Source: Chiloscyllium plagiosum
Lineage: Eukaryota
Assembly: GCF_004010195.1 (NCBI RefSeq)
Contig: NC_057718.1
Span: 64,715,123-64,779,122 of the forward strand
Length of the DNA stretch: 64,000 nt
Direction of reading: 5' to 3'
Shown here: positions 13,660-27,355 of the stretch, in pieces
How the letters are laid out: each line of letters opens with the position of its first letter
Numbering within the stretch: the stretch's first letter is position 1
Notes under the pieces: model-generated
The model's input: only the letters and a program-made list of their open reading frames with translations
What the model was told of the DNA's origin: nothing
Databases searched by the model: none
Position numbers and translations under genes: made by a program

Positions 13660-14695
13660 ATTAGAGTCATACAGTAATACAACATGGAAACAGGCTCTTC
13701 GGCTCAAATTGGTCCATGCTGACCATGGTTCCCACTCAGCTAGTTCCAATTGCCCGCATTTGGTCCATATCCCTCTAAATTCTTCTCATCCATGTACCTG
13801 TCCAAATGTCTTTTAAATGTTGCTATTGAACCTGCCTCAACCATGGCCTCTAACAGCCCATTCCATATACACATCACTCTCTGTGTGTAGAAGTTGCCTC
13901 TCAGGCCCTTCTTAAATCTTTCCCCTCTCACCTTAAATCCATGCCCTCCAGTTTTCAATTTCCCATCCCTGGGAAAAAGACTATATGCATTCATCCTATC
14001 TATGCCCCTCGTGATTTTATATACTTCAATAAGGTCACCCCTCATTCTCCCATGTTCCATGGAATCAAGTCCTATCCTGGCCAAACTGTCCCTGTAACTC
14101 AGGCCTACTAGTCCAGGCAACATCCTCGTAAACCGTCTTTGCACTCTTTCCAGTTTCGCTATGTCTTTCCTATAACAGGGTGACCAAAACTATATACAAT
14201 ACTCCAGTGCAGCCTCATCAACAACTTATACAACAGTAAAAATTATGTCCCAATTCCTATACTCAATTACTTTGACCAATGAAGGCAGGATGCTAAATGC
14301 ATTCTTCACCACTCTGTCTAGCTGTGATGCTGCTTTCAAAGAACTATGTACTTGTGCTCCTAGATGCCTCTGTTCCCCAATACTCCTCAAGACCTTACCA
14401 TTTGCTGAATAAGTCCTCCCTTGGTTTGACTTTCCAAAGTGCAACACTTCACACTTATCTGTCTTGAACTGCATTTGCCCATCCTCAGCCCACTTCCCCA
14501 TTTGATCGGGATCCCTCTGTAATTTTTGATAACCTTCCTTGCGATCTTAATTTTGTATCATCCACAAACATACTCATCAGGCCTTGTCCATTCACATCCA
14601 GATCATTTCGGTAAATAATAAATAACAAAGGCCTCAGCATCAATCCCTGTGGCACACCACAAGTCACAGGCCTCTAGTCAAAGAAACAACCTTCA
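13660..14695 (-). mobile_element. 5'-truncated CR1 LINE
   Basis: RT fragments GVPQG, VDDTKL, QRRFTRMLPG. Confidence 0.9.
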
Positions 14696-15427
14696 ATTGA
14701 TACATGTGTTTCAATTTCAGAACTGTCTATGCAGCTACAGCTGCTTGCAGACATTATTGTTTGTGAGTCACTGTGCATTTCCAAGTTGCTTTAGCATTGA
14801 GCAGTAGTGTAGTTGAAAAAAAATCACAATTGTACATTTGGTGATTCACCTTGATTCTTGCAGGTGTCTTACAGATATCTTGAAGTGTTAACTAACCTGA
14901 ATTTAGGTGCTGCTATTAATACAGCAAGAGATAGCTTACGTTCCTCAGTCATATCTAATTTTAACCAGAAACTTTTGACATAGATTCAGATGTTTCTGTG
15001 CCCTCATGCCAATAAAAAGGTAGAATAAGTCCTTCATCACATCAAAAGATTTATGGAGCACTGACATTTTAAGAACCTTTTAATTACCAACACACTCCTA
15101 TGAAGATGAATAGTACAGATGACCGCAGAAAGTAAAGTTACTTCTCGTACCATGGAATAGCTAATAATAAACCCGGCTCTCTTGGAAAAAGGAAGAGAAG
15201 GTAATGCCCAAAAGAAAATCCTAATGTAATTTGTTAAAGAACTCCCATTTGGTCTGTGTCCCCTGTCATGTGTTTATTTAAAGTAATATTCTTAGAGTCA
15301 GTCTTACTCTGATGAAATATTGCACATAAATCAATGGGCAGTTCTGTTTGCTTGAATGTTTTATACACAAAATGGCAAGTATACAGTGGAAGATGATCCC
15401 AAAGGAGCTCTGCTTAAGAAACATTTT

Positions 15428-16788
15428 AAAGAAAACTCAATTATAGGATATGGATGGATATTGATCCATCTTCTTTATTGCACATTATGTGATTTGAAAT
15501 TGATGGAAAGTATTGGGAGGTCTTAGTCTGTCAGTTTTCCACAGTGGTTGGCATCATCTGTCCTGTAGGTAAGAAAACAGTCCTGAATGCATTGGTTTCA
15601 ATCTTTCCTCACTTGGCAGGATCGATTTCTGTCTTGGGAGTATTCTTCCTAAATACATGACAAAAATTAACCATGGCCAGCAAAAGCAGGCTCAGCACTT
15701 GGCAAGCTCACTCAAAAACTTTGGAAAGAGCACAGAGCTTGTCACAGAACAAAGATCAAAGTCTCCCTGGAATTGTTTCATATATCACTTCATTATTGGA
15801 GCAAAACATGGCATCACAAAGTAGCTAGAAACATTTCAGCTACCCTCTCTCTGAGATATATTTGCAACATCTTAAATCTGAATCTGTTCTGGAACCAAAA
15901 TATTAACTCTGTTCTCTGCTTACAAGGGCTCAGCATTGCTGGGTCAGTCAAGTGGTTTGTATGAAAGATTCCTGGATACTCTCCCTTCAGTTGAGCAGTA
16001 ACCCACATCACAGGATATGCCTAACTTAGATATAAAGACAATCTGAAACCCAATCTCTATTTGCAAGCTGGATCCCAATACATGGAATAAAAATTAACCT
16101 TAGACAGACCCAAATGGAGAAATCACTATCATCTAGTGATTTTGACTCTGAGAAGGACACAGTCATGTTATTTCATGATATATAAGCCTGTGCAAAGCCA
16201 ATGCCCTCATCCATAAGTTCACCTCTATTGTTCCATTTGGTCTGTAAACTGATCTTTATGCTTTGCTGAGCATTCAACAGTTGAAACGATGGAAGAATTC
16301 CACACTCACCATTCCATTTTACAGTCTCTAGATCATATGCAAATAATGTAAACGCAAATGAGTAGTTGACCCTTACAAACCAGGAAAATCCAAGGTTCAC
16401 TGGACAGTCTGTGTTAATTTTATTGACATACCAAACCTAGTTGGATACATTCGACCATGTGCAGCTCCTACATTTGGATATCTTTGAAGTCTATCAAATA
16501 GAAGAGTTAAAGCTGATGGCTAGAATTCTGTGTCTCCATCTAGAGCTAAAATGTATGTGTTCATTTTCTCTGTCTACAAAATACAAAAGAGAACAGCATG
16601 AATAAATGCAAATGTGCTTACTTCTCTTTCCTTTTGGGAAGCCTGTGTTCACACAGAAGTTTGCTTCTGTAGACACCAGTAGAACAAATGATCTAGTGTT
16701 GAGTTTTAATCATTTATTCTTTGGGTGGCAACCCAAATTCAGTGACAGCCTACATCTTGAAAATCAAGACCTACTTCAAAATTTAAAG
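15428..16788 (+). pseudogene. Possible heavily eroded catalytic-core exons of the chitin synthase (~15428-15568, ~15785-15880, ~16606-16788)
   Basis: Weak in-register resemblances in the expected order: KENS..MDG..GIICPVG|gtaag vs KENT..LDGD..GRIHP(T/V)G; HYWSKTWHHKVARNI vs EYAVGHWLQKTAEHV; MCLLLFPFGKPV..T..FNH..W.P..DLL vs LCTLLLQQGWRV..T..YNQRRRW.P..DLL. Could be chance. Confidence 0.3.
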
Positions 16789-17019
16789 GTGTAGTCAGCT
16801 CAATTTAATGCAGCATTGGGAGAGTGCTTCACCATTCGACCTGGTACTTTACAGTTGAAATGTTAAAGCGAGATCCCATCAGCCTTCTGCTTAAAATGAT
16901 CGGATAATACTATGTGTAGAAGAACAATGGAGTTCACCCACACAATATTAATGAAAATACCAACAAAATCAGATTACCTGATATGTTGTCTCACTGTTGT
17001 TTCTGTATATAAAATAACT

Positions 17020-17940
17020 ATACATTAATATGGAAAAGTGTGAGGTGATTCACTTTGGAAGGAACAACAGGAATGCAGAATACTGGGCTAATGGTAAGAT
17101 TCTTGGTAGTGGAGATGAGTAGAGAGATCTGTGTCCATGTACATGGAACCCTGAAAGTTGTCACCCATGCTGATAGGGTTGTTAAGAAGGCAGCTGAAAC
17201 TTTATTGCTGGTTTCGGGCACATGCCCTTCTTCAGAAACGTCGAATCTTCTGTTCCCTAGATGCTGCCTGACCTGCTGTGCTGTTCCAGCAATAAAGTTT
17301 CAGCTTTGATCTCCAGCGTCTGCAGACCTCACTTTCTCCTTGTTAAGAAGGCATACAATGTGTAGCTTTTATTAGCAGAGGGATTGAGTTTTGAAGCCAC
17401 AAGGCCATGCTGCAGCTGTACAAAACTCTGGTGCGGCCGCACTTGGAGTATAGCGTACAGTTCTGGTCACTGCATTCTAGGAAGGATGTGAAATCTTTAG
17501 AAAGTGTTCAGCAGAGATTAATTAGGATGTTGCCTGGCATTGAGGGAAAGTCTTGTGAGGAAAGGCTGAGGGACTTGAGGTTGTTTTTATTCGAGAGCAG
17601 AAGGTTGAGAGGTGACATAATTGAAACATATAAGATTATTAGAGGGTGGACTGTGAGAGACATTTTTCCTTGGATGGGGATGGCGAGCATGAGAGGACAT
17701 AGCTTTAAAATGTGGGGTGATAGATATAGGAAAGCTGGCAGAGGTAGTTTCTTTACTCAGAGCAGTAAGGATATGGAATGCCCTGCCTGCAACAGTAGTA
17801 GACTCACCAACTTTAAGGGCATTTAAATGGTCATTGGATAAACATATGGACATAAATGGAATAGCATAGAATAGATTCCATGAGTCAGCACAACATTGAG
17901 GGCTGAAGGGCCTGTACTGCGCTGTAATGTTCTATGTTCT
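17020..17940 (+). mobile_element. 5'-truncated CR1 LINE interrupted by a Penelope-type insert
   Basis: LYKTLVRPHLEY motif; tail aatgttctatgttct. Confidence 0.9.
17193..17339. mobile_element. Penelope-type hairpin insert with 14-bp TSD and hammerhead core on -
   Basis: TTGTTAAGAAGGCA at 17179-17192 and 17340-17353; inverted arms gctgaaactttattgctgg / ccagcaataaagtttcagc; CTGAAGA-AGGGC-ATGT-GCCC-GAAAC on -. Confidence 0.8.
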
Positions 17941-19385
17941 AAGCTAATCATCTGTCAGTTACCAAGAAGGTCCTGATAGCTTATACTATGTGAACAGATA
18001 GAGTAGGAACAGATTTAGCTGTGTGCCTCTGTGTTTCACAGAGGACATAAACTCATGTGTGAAGGACAGGCACTCCAGCAAGAAACTGAAGTGCCACTAA
18101 CACTGATTATTTCATGCCCTGGCTTGACTCAATACTTTCAGATGAAGACCAGTGGAATATTGAAAATTGTAAGGAAATTTTTCAGCAATCTTTTGGACGA
18201 GCCTGAGCTTCTGGAAGCTGTAGACCATTAGGCTGGATTCCTTGTTCAGGCAGGCCCAGAGCCTGGACTCCCAGCAGCAGCAGCAGGGCAACCTGGCAGC
18301 AGGAGATCTGGAGCCCGAATTCTTGGCAGTGGTGGTGGCAGTGCGGGCAAGTGGCAGCAGAGCTGGAGTCTCCTGGGGTATCGGCGTGAACTTTACTGTT
18401 CCCAGAACGGGAAACCTTGAGGACTGAAACAGTTTGCAGAGACCACACAAGCCCTGATGCAGTGCTTGAGACTCAGTTTGAACTCAGTTTGAAGGTGAAG
18501 TCTTATTTAAGTAATTTATTTTCATCCTATTCTAATTCAAAATGGTGCAGATATATCTTGTCAAGATATATGTGACAATAAATATAAATATTATCAAAAT
18601 AATACAAATGAACTGAATCAAAACCCGATCAAAAATGGGTCTTAAATCTTGGCATGAGTAAAACCTTCCAAGATTATTAATCCGGACAGCACATTTACTT
18701 GCCTCACTGGTAGCACTCTTCCTCCGAGTCAGGAGGTGATGGTTTAGGTCCCCTCCACATAATGCTGGTTAAAACCACAGTGCAGTGCTGAGAAGGTGCT
18801 GCTCTGCAGAGGGTGTCATCTGTTGACTGAGGAGCTGAGGCTGTACTCAAGTGGACATAATGAATTCCATCACATTTGTTGAAGATGATAGAGCAAAGTC
18901 CTTGTTAAAGGATTAACAATTCCTTTAAGCTTTTCTTCTGTAATTTTTGGGAAGTATTGTTGTTAAAGTTTGTTATTCTAACTTTTTCTAATTAACTGTC
19001 ATAAAGATCAAAACTAAATAAAGGTAAATGTTTTTTAAAATTTCTCCTGAATTACAGTACAATCCTGCTGCTCCAACTAGTGTGAACAGTTTGAAAAACC
19101 AGTTACATATTAGATGTGGATTCTTCAAATAAATTGCACACAAAGGAAGAACCGATTGGAGAAATGATTATTTACTAAGTCTATTCTAGTCAGTAATCAC
19201 ACTGACAATCTTATATGTGCATTGTAAGGCAGACATGTGCAGGTTTATGTATATAAAAGGCAGATTATAGAAAAGACAGTGTGCAAAAATGTATAAGTGA
19301 ATCTGTGCAAATTGCAATACTAAAGGAAAAATTGCTTAAACATGTTTTCTCAGCACTCAATAATTGTCCCCATCTGATTTTACAG

Positions 19386-19563
19386 CTGTCGTGATATATG
19401 TATTTCACTGGAATCCTATTGACGCTTTTGGTATTTTCAACAGCCCCTACGTTCTACATAATTGCCAGTTTTGTGACAAAACCAGACACAGATAAATGTG
19501 CGAGCATTTCTAAGCTTGCTGTATGCCTTTTTCTCATGGCTTCAGCCTTTTTCACTATAATAG
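19386..19563 (+). pseudogene. chs: Chitin synthase post-catalytic TM exon: (A)VVIYVFHWNPI/TLLVFSTAPTFYIIASFVTKPDTDKCASISKLAVCLFLMASAFFTII(G)
   Basis: Acceptor tgattttacag, donor G|gtgaga. Length 178 nt, i.e. one +1 frameshift for a phase 1-1 exon. Resembles the 'PP.FY..VCF.TKPDTQ...FLM.A.F.IIG' TM block. Confidence 0.8.
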
Positions 19564-21064
19564 GTGAGAGCACAATTTTTATTATTCTTCCCCTTAATCT
19601 TCCATTTGTTTCCATTATATTATTTCATTTTGTGCCTTTTAATGAGTCCAGAATGCCATTTCTCTCCTCCCTAGAGAGCACATTCCGATCAGGATCTCAG
19701 GCTACGAGGCCACTTTGACAATAGTCCAATAACTTGTTGCATAAAATATGGAATCTCCAAGAAGCTGCTACACCACACATTCTTGAAAAAAGTGATATTT
19801 CATTTTCTAAATAGCATCTGGAACAAAAAGAACAAAGAGCAATGCAGCTTAGGAATAGGGCCTTCAGGCTACCAGGAATGCACCAACATATGATGACTTT
19901 CTAAACTAAATCATTTTGCCTCAATGCTGACTGTATTCCTCTACAGGTAGTTCTCCAATAACAGCGTTTATTAAACACGATTTGTCTGTGATGCAATTTG
20001 TGAATTGCTAAACTTTTATTATTAAGCGAACTCCACTGAAACGAAATTCTCATCCCGATGTGTCAATGCGCGGAGGACTGGATTCCACATTGGCATCAGG
20101 TGATCAGTCATGAAGAGCTTCGTGAAAGGTATTGTGAAATGTTTGTGCTTATGGATATGGAAACACATTGTGAAAATGTCTCCACAGCCTGAGGACAAGA
20201 AACTGGGAGCAATACATTAATTTAAAAGCTTAAAGAGTTGAGATAAGAGTGAAGTTTCACTGGAATTGACTCACAGTAAAAGCACAGTGTTGGGGAGCAG
20301 TTTGAAACTTGGCTTTGTTTATATTAAGAGCTTTTTTTTCTCTCTCTTCCTGTTTAAAAAAAATATGTTTAATTGTTTAAAAAATATCTGCAGGCTCATG
20401 CGAATCTGTTTCAATGACTAACCACTATGGTAACCAACTGCAAAAAAAAATGCCAGAACATGGTTAGGTACCTAGTCAGGGTGGTCAGAGTCAGGAAACT
20501 CTGCACATAGTGGGTGAGGGCTAGAAAGGTGGGTTGCACACTTTCACTTTTGGTGCATGTGTGGAGATGTCCTGAGGGGGTGTGGAGGCTGTGCAGAACA
20601 GATTCAGGGTTAGTCAGGGCCAGATATTAGTGAGGATGAGAGTAAGCAGGGAAAATGTTGCAAGAAATGGTGGGTACAGTGGCAGAGAATAAGTATGAGG
20701 TATCAACGAGAAGATGGTGGCATTTTCACTGGCAGAGTGGAGAAGGGCACTGATCATCTTCACACATTCTGTGCACCCCTTCAGAGGGTTGAGACTGCAC
20801 TGGCCTGGATGGTAGCTCTGGTTCAGGTTGACGTGGTTCCTGTAGAATGGCATCTTCTGTTGGCCTGAGAGAACAGGATGTCTTGCCTTTCCATTACCCA
20901 TCTTAGACTGCTATTGTTTGTGTTAGGCTAGCTACTATTTTTATTTTTATTTTTACTAATATTTCTGGTGGTTTGCCCCTAACCCTGTTTTTCCCATAGA
21001 CTCCATTATTTCTATTGCATTATTTTGTATAACATGGCATCGCACGGGAACACAACTACGGCAT

Positions 21065-21530
21065 TCTAGGAGGAATACCTGTATTTCCTGCCTATTCATA
21101 TATCTGTCAAGATACCTCTTAAACATTGCTATTGTTTCTGCTGCCACCACCACTTCCTTTGGCAGTGCATTTCAGGCACTTACCATCCTTAGCGTAAAAA
21201 AACTCTGCCTCTCTCATCTCCTGTAAACTTATCCCCACTATCTTAAACCTCTTGTCCCCTATTAATTGACATTTCTCCTCTGATTAAAATACTCTGTCTA
21301 TCCATTCTGTCAATGCCTCTCATAATTTTGTAAACTTTATCAACTTGCCTTTAATGCTCAAGTAAAAACTAACCAAGTTTATCCAATCTCTCCTCATAGT
21401 TAATAACCTCCAAATTAGGCAACACTCTGGTAAACCATTTCTATATCCTTTCCAAAGCCTCCACATCCTTCTGGTTGTGTGGCGTTATTCCAAATGTGGC
21501 CTAACTAAAGTTCCATACAGCTACAACATC
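21065..21530 (-). mobile_element. Old CR1 3' fragment
   Basis: MVVAAETIAMFKRYLDRYMNR; matches CR1 ORF2 C-terminus. Confidence 0.8.
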
Positions 21531-24500
21531 TAGGACAACCATTGAGTGTATCTGCAGTCTTACATCAGTCTGAGATTTTTTTTTGCTTTCTTGGTGACAG
21601 TAATCAAAGTTAGGGCCAATATTAAGAACACAAAGGAGGGAGGGTCAGGAGTTTTGTTTCTTGCATTTTATGCTCGGAATAATTAAATATGAAAGAGGCT
21701 AATAGAATTCAGACATCTACAGCAGTTTGAAAAAAATCATAAATATTTAGAGGAAGTCATTGAGCCCTACAGCAAGGAGACAGATCCTTTGGCCCCAAAC
21801 TGGTCCATGCCAACCAAAATGTCCACCAATGCTAACCTCATTGCCCTGCACTTCGCTCATACCCTTCTAAACCTTTTCTATCCATGTACTTGTCCAAATT
21901 ATTTTTAAATGTTAATGTATCCACCTCAACCAATTCTGCTGGCAGCTAATTCCATATACATATTACTCTCTATGTAAAAAAATTTTAAAAATTGCCTCTT
22001 AATTTCCCTTTTATTCTTTCCACTCTAACCTTAAACTCACACCCTCTACTCAGGGATTCCCCAACCCCGGGAAAAAGACCGAGTGCATTCACTCTATCCG
22101 TGCCTCTAATGATCTTATGCACTTCTATAAGATTCCCCCCATCCCCAAGACTCCTAAGCTCTAAAGAAAAATGTCCTAGCTTGCCCGACCCCTCCTTATA
22201 ACTCAGACCGTTGAGCGCAAGCAACATTCTTGTAAATTTTTTGTGCACTGTTTCCGGTTTAGTAACATCCTTCCTGTAGCAAGGTGACCAAAGCTGAACA
22301 TTCTATATGCAGCCTCACCAATGCCCTGTCCAACTGCAACATAACTTCCCAACTTCTGTACTCAATGCCCTGATGAAGGCCATTGTGCCAAAAGCCTTCT
22401 TCATTGCCCTGTCTACCTGTGACTCCATTTTAAAAAAAAACTGTGAACCTGAACTCCAAGGTCCCTCTGTTCCACTACACACCTGAAGGCCTTTATATTT
22501 ACCATGAAACTCCTATCTTGATTTGACTTTCCAAAATGCAAAACCTTGCACTTATCTATATTAAGCTCCATTTGCCATTTCTCCGCCCACTTCCCTAGTT
22601 GATCAAGATCCTGCAACAATTTCCGATAACCTTCCTCATTGTCCATAATACCCACTAATTTGGTATTGTTATGACATGAGCTAAACTCCCCTCCCACTAA
22701 TTTGAAACAGCAACACAGAAAAGATTTAGCCCATGCAGTAATCTGTGAAAATTCAAGAAGCAAAGATTTATCCCAGAGGTCACTATTTAAAGTAAAAATT
22801 AACAAATTTATTCTTTAAGTCCAACAGAGAATATTAAAACCAACAGCTATTTACAACTCCTTTCTCTTAAACCTATCTTTTACCTCCCATTCTACAATGC
22901 TAGTCTGATAAATCCCCCAATTAAGATTTACCAAAAAATTCAAATTTCAAAACCAGCCAGTTAGGGCCTTCTCTTTGTATCTTCCTCTGTCTTCTTTTCT
23001 TCTTTTGGATTCTGTTTCACAGGTCATTGATAGATAAAGTTACCTTTTTAAGAGAGCTATTCTGCAGGCAGTCTGCATATGTTGGTGCTTGGCAGTTCTC
23101 CTCAAACAGTTCAATTTTTTTTTTGGTTTTACACCCCAAAGCATCGGATTATTTCATTGGTTTTTATATTGTCAAAATACCAAATTCAAATTTGATTGAA
23201 GTTTAGTATCTTGGGGCATAATTAAACTGTTTGGCTAAATTTGCATTTGTTTTTGTCTCATAGCAACCCAGGTATTGGTAGCTGCTGGATTAAATGTTAC
23301 ATTGTAAATTTTCCAGAACTCTGTGTGCTTGCTAAGTTCTTTAATTTCTTAAAGGTCCAGTACCTCTCTACACTTTCATAACACCTCTCCCCCAAAAGAA
23401 AAGAACCACCATAATGAAAAGATGGCTTCATTTCTTTCTATTCTTTAAACACATTAGCATAGCTAATCTAACTTTAATCTAAATTCACCATAACTTCTTC
23501 CTATATATTATGTATATGTATACACTGGATAAATGCAAATCTCATCTAAACATTATTAATTAAAATCCACGATAACGCAACTGTGATTATATTCTTATGA
23601 TTGGCAACATGTACAATTTTTAAATTAAACATCTGTAACATAAGACTCCAATGAAGTAGTCTCATATTCTTGTCTTTAAAACATTCTAAGAAGGTAAGCA
23701 GATTGTGATCCATGTACGCAAACATCTCTGACACATTGGTTGTGACATAAATATTATAATGTTGTAAGGCCAATACCAAACTCAATAGTTCTTTTTCAAT
23801 CGTGGAGTATTTCTTCTCGTGGCTGTTAAGTTTCTTTGAAAAGTAACCAATTGACAATTCAATCCCATCCCCACCCTCCTGAAGCAGTACACCAATATGT
23901 TCACATGACATACCAGATACCTTTTTTTCTCTATCTGGCATCTTTTCTAAATAGTTCACCTGACTCAACCTTTTCTCAATTTGATAGGGACCACTAAACC
24001 TGGCTTTGAAGAGATCTCCTATCATTGGTAACTGTACTATCATGTTATCCCCTCAGGAAAGTGTCCAAGTCTCAGAGCTTTTATCTGCCACCTGCTTCAT
24101 TCTACACTGTGCCCTCTTTAGGTGCTGTTTAGCTAACTCATCTACTCAATTTAGTTTCTCCCTCACCTCCAATACATAATCTAAGTGTGAGATCTCTGAC
24201 TGTGGTCCTGTCAATTTTTCTTTAATTACTTTCAAAGGGCCTCTCACTTCATGCCCGAGTATTAACTTGAAGGGAGTGAACTGAGTAGATTCATTTGGGG
24301 CATCCCTAATGGCAAACAATATGAATGGGGTACCTTTATCCCAATCATTTGGGTAATCCTGACAGTACACTCTCAACATGGTCTTCAAAGTCTGGTGCCA
24401 CCTTTCTAAAGCTCCCTGGGATTCAGGAGGATATGCACTGGATTTAAAGTGCTGTTTGCTGAAGCTATACATAACCTCCTTAAACAGCCTAGCAGTAAAA

Positions 24501-26579
24501 TTTGACCCTTGATTCAACTGAATCTCTATGAGTAGCTCATACTGTGTGAGAAAGCTACTAACACCTCTATCACCTTTATTGCCTTGATACTCTGTAACGG
24601 AATTGCCTCCGGAAATCTGGTAGACACATCCATTATGGTTAACAAGTACTGGTTCCTATTTTTAGTTCTTGGGAGGGGACCTACACAAACAATTCTAATC
24701 TGTGTGAAAGGTTCTTCAAATATGGGAGTTGGCAACAAAGCTGCTGGTTTTATTAACGCCTGTGGCTTACCTACCATTTGGCATGAATGACACGTACAGC
24801 AAAAGGTAATCAATCCTTGTGTGCATTCCAGGCCAATAAAAATGTTTTTGTACCTTAGCCTGAGTCTTTCGTACCCCTAGGTGATATCCTGCAGGTAGCT
24901 CATGTGCTATCTGTAACACCTCCTGTCTGTATGCTACTGGCAACACAATCTGGTGCACTTCGGCCCATTCCTCCTCTGCACTAACCAGCCATGGTCTCCA
25001 TTTCCACCTTAGGATTCTATCTTTCAGCTAGTAAACCTCCAGAATATAATCTGCCTCCTTTTCAGAGTACGTATCCATATATATATAACTTTTATTGTCT
25101 TGTCTTGCTGTTGCAAGTCCCTCAGCCTTTTAGGACTAAACACTTCTGTCTGACCCTCTGCCTGTTCAGGTTTTTCCTGCACCATTATGTCAAACAAGGT
25201 ATCAGCTAACTGAACCTCAACTCCCTCATCTTTCTCTCTACTTTTCACTTTGTGCTGTGACTTATGATAGTGGTATCTGGTTACTACACAGTGTGGGAAA
25301 ATCCCAGGATTTCTATTTTAACTCCTCAGTTTCTTGGTCTTCCTTGGGCTTCTCCACAACAGGGGATGTCACTCCACCAAATCATTCCCAAGAATAAACT
25401 GAATTCCTGCAACTGATACTCTGTCAATCACTCCCGTTGTCATTTCCCCAGTCTTAAGTTGGCACTCCAACCTGATCTTACATAGGGGAATGTCTATCTA
25501 TCCCACAAATTACTACACTCACAGGTAGCAGATCAGAAAGAGTGCATAGGCGCTCATCTCTTACTATCAGCGACTGGTTAGATCCTCTATCTCTCAAAAT
25601 TATGACTTCTTGTCCTTCTCCCCTGGTGTTTCTGAGTAAACTTTACTCACACAGGTGAATTCTTTGTAGAGATCAATACTAACTCAATACACATCCCCTG
25701 CCTAGGCTGTGCAGTCAAATGCAGTTCCTCGGCTCTTCTTGGGGTCTCCTTTACTACCATCATTCATGTCACTGGCTTAGCTTCTTCTCCCACAGTGTCT
25801 TTCTTGAACAACCAGCACTGTGACTTTATGTGTCCCACTTTACCACAGTGGAAACCATTCACCTCCTTTCCACCCTCTTGGGCTTCTTTTTTATCCTGTG
25901 GTAAATTCTTACCAGTGCTCACTACTCTTGGTTTTGTAGTGTAGAGTCCCCTTCTCCCAACTTCTATCGCTCAGGATGAAATTCTGGCCGGAAGCTTTAC
26001 TTATGCACCAACATGTATTCATCTGCTAATTCTGCTTCCCTTCTCACGTTCTGAACTTTCTGTTCCTCCACATGAATTCTTACCATCTCTGGAAGTGAAT
26101 TTTTAAACTCCTCCAGCAGAATAGTCTCTATTAGAGCCACAAAGGTCTTATCTACTTTCAAAGCACGCACTCATCTATCAAAATGATTATGTTTAATTCT
26201 TTTGAATGCAAAGAAGTCTGACCTGGTACCTTCTTTATGTTTCTGAACTGCTGTCTATATGCTTCTGGTACCAATTCATAAACACTTAAAATAACCTGTT
26301 TAACCTTTTCTTAACCTCTTGATCTCACACCTGACAGTGCAGCAAACACCTCACTAGCTCTGCCAACCAGTTTAGTCTGAACTAGCATTACCCATAAATC
26401 CTCAGACCACTCCATCTGCCTAGACAATTTTTCAAATGAAATAAAGAAGGCTTCAGCATCTTTCTCATCACAATGTGGCAGAGTTTTGATATATTTGTAT
26501 ATATCACTATCTTCTCTTTTAAACTCCATCCATTAACTTAACTTTGCTGATTAAGTCACAGCTACTCAAGTTCAAATTC

Positions 26580-26670
26580 TCTCTCTTTTTGCTCAGTTGA
26601 GAACCTTCTCTCTCTGTCCCACTCTCTGTCCCTCTCTCTCTTCCTTCTCCCTCTCTTTGCTCAGCTAAGA

Positions 26671-26709
<39 letters not shown>

Positions 26710-26712
26710 CTC
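26580..26712. repeat. (CT)n-rich tract inside the Gypsy gag region
   Basis: Direct observation; reads as Glu/Arg-rich on -. Confidence 0.85.
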
Positions 26713-27355
26713 TTCTAACTCCATTTTCCTCGATTGTAATTTCAGTTTTTCTACCTTTATTGGACTTGTCTGTTTCTCTGACACATCTAATTATTTGAGA
26801 CTTTTGCCCTTGGTTAAACTTATTTGCTAATTCTGAAAGTATGAACCTTTTTCTTTCCTTCTAAACTTTCTTGGCAAATTTGAGAATCATTTTCAAATCC
26901 CAGAACCTCTTTAGCAATTTTAAGAGCCATTTCTCTCACTTTTAATGTAATCAACCACAAGTCACCTAAATTAAACAAATTGTCTCACCTATGTGTTATT
27001 TAAAGATCTAACCTACAAGTATTTACATCTACTGAGATTTTTTGTAGCCCAGCCCCAAATCTATTCAAATCTGTCTAAAACTGTTCAAATCCTGGACAAA
27101 AGCCCCCAAATCTGTGATGACACGGGGTAAGCACCCTTCCTAATTTGAAGCAGCAACACAGAAAAGATTTATTCCGTGCTGTAATCTGTGAACATTCGAG
27201 AGGCAAGGACTTATCCAAAGGTCACTATTTAAAGCAAAAATTAACAACTTTATTCTTTAAGTCCAACAAAGAATGTTAAAACCAACAGCTATTTACAACT
27301 CCTTTATCTTAAACCTATCTTTTATCTCCCACTCGACAATACTAGTCTGATAAAT

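Noticed and set aside
12932..14830. Possible solo LTR interrupted by CR1
   Set aside because: Starts TGTTAC and looks LTR-like, but I could not fix the far end or a TSD.
14864..14920. LTDILK../NLNLGAA resembling the CHS 'NLGAACGRIHP' region
   Set aside because: Needs a frameshift and lacks CGRIHP; indistinguishable from chance.
18230..18600. GC-rich, CAG-containing region with overlapping ORFs
   Set aside because: No splice or homology support; ends in a tgtgacaataaa tail typical of retroposon 3' ends.
19398..19718. Hydrophobic ORF as a claudin/TMEM-like gene
   Set aside because: Better explained as a frameshifted chitin synthase TM exon reading on into the intron.
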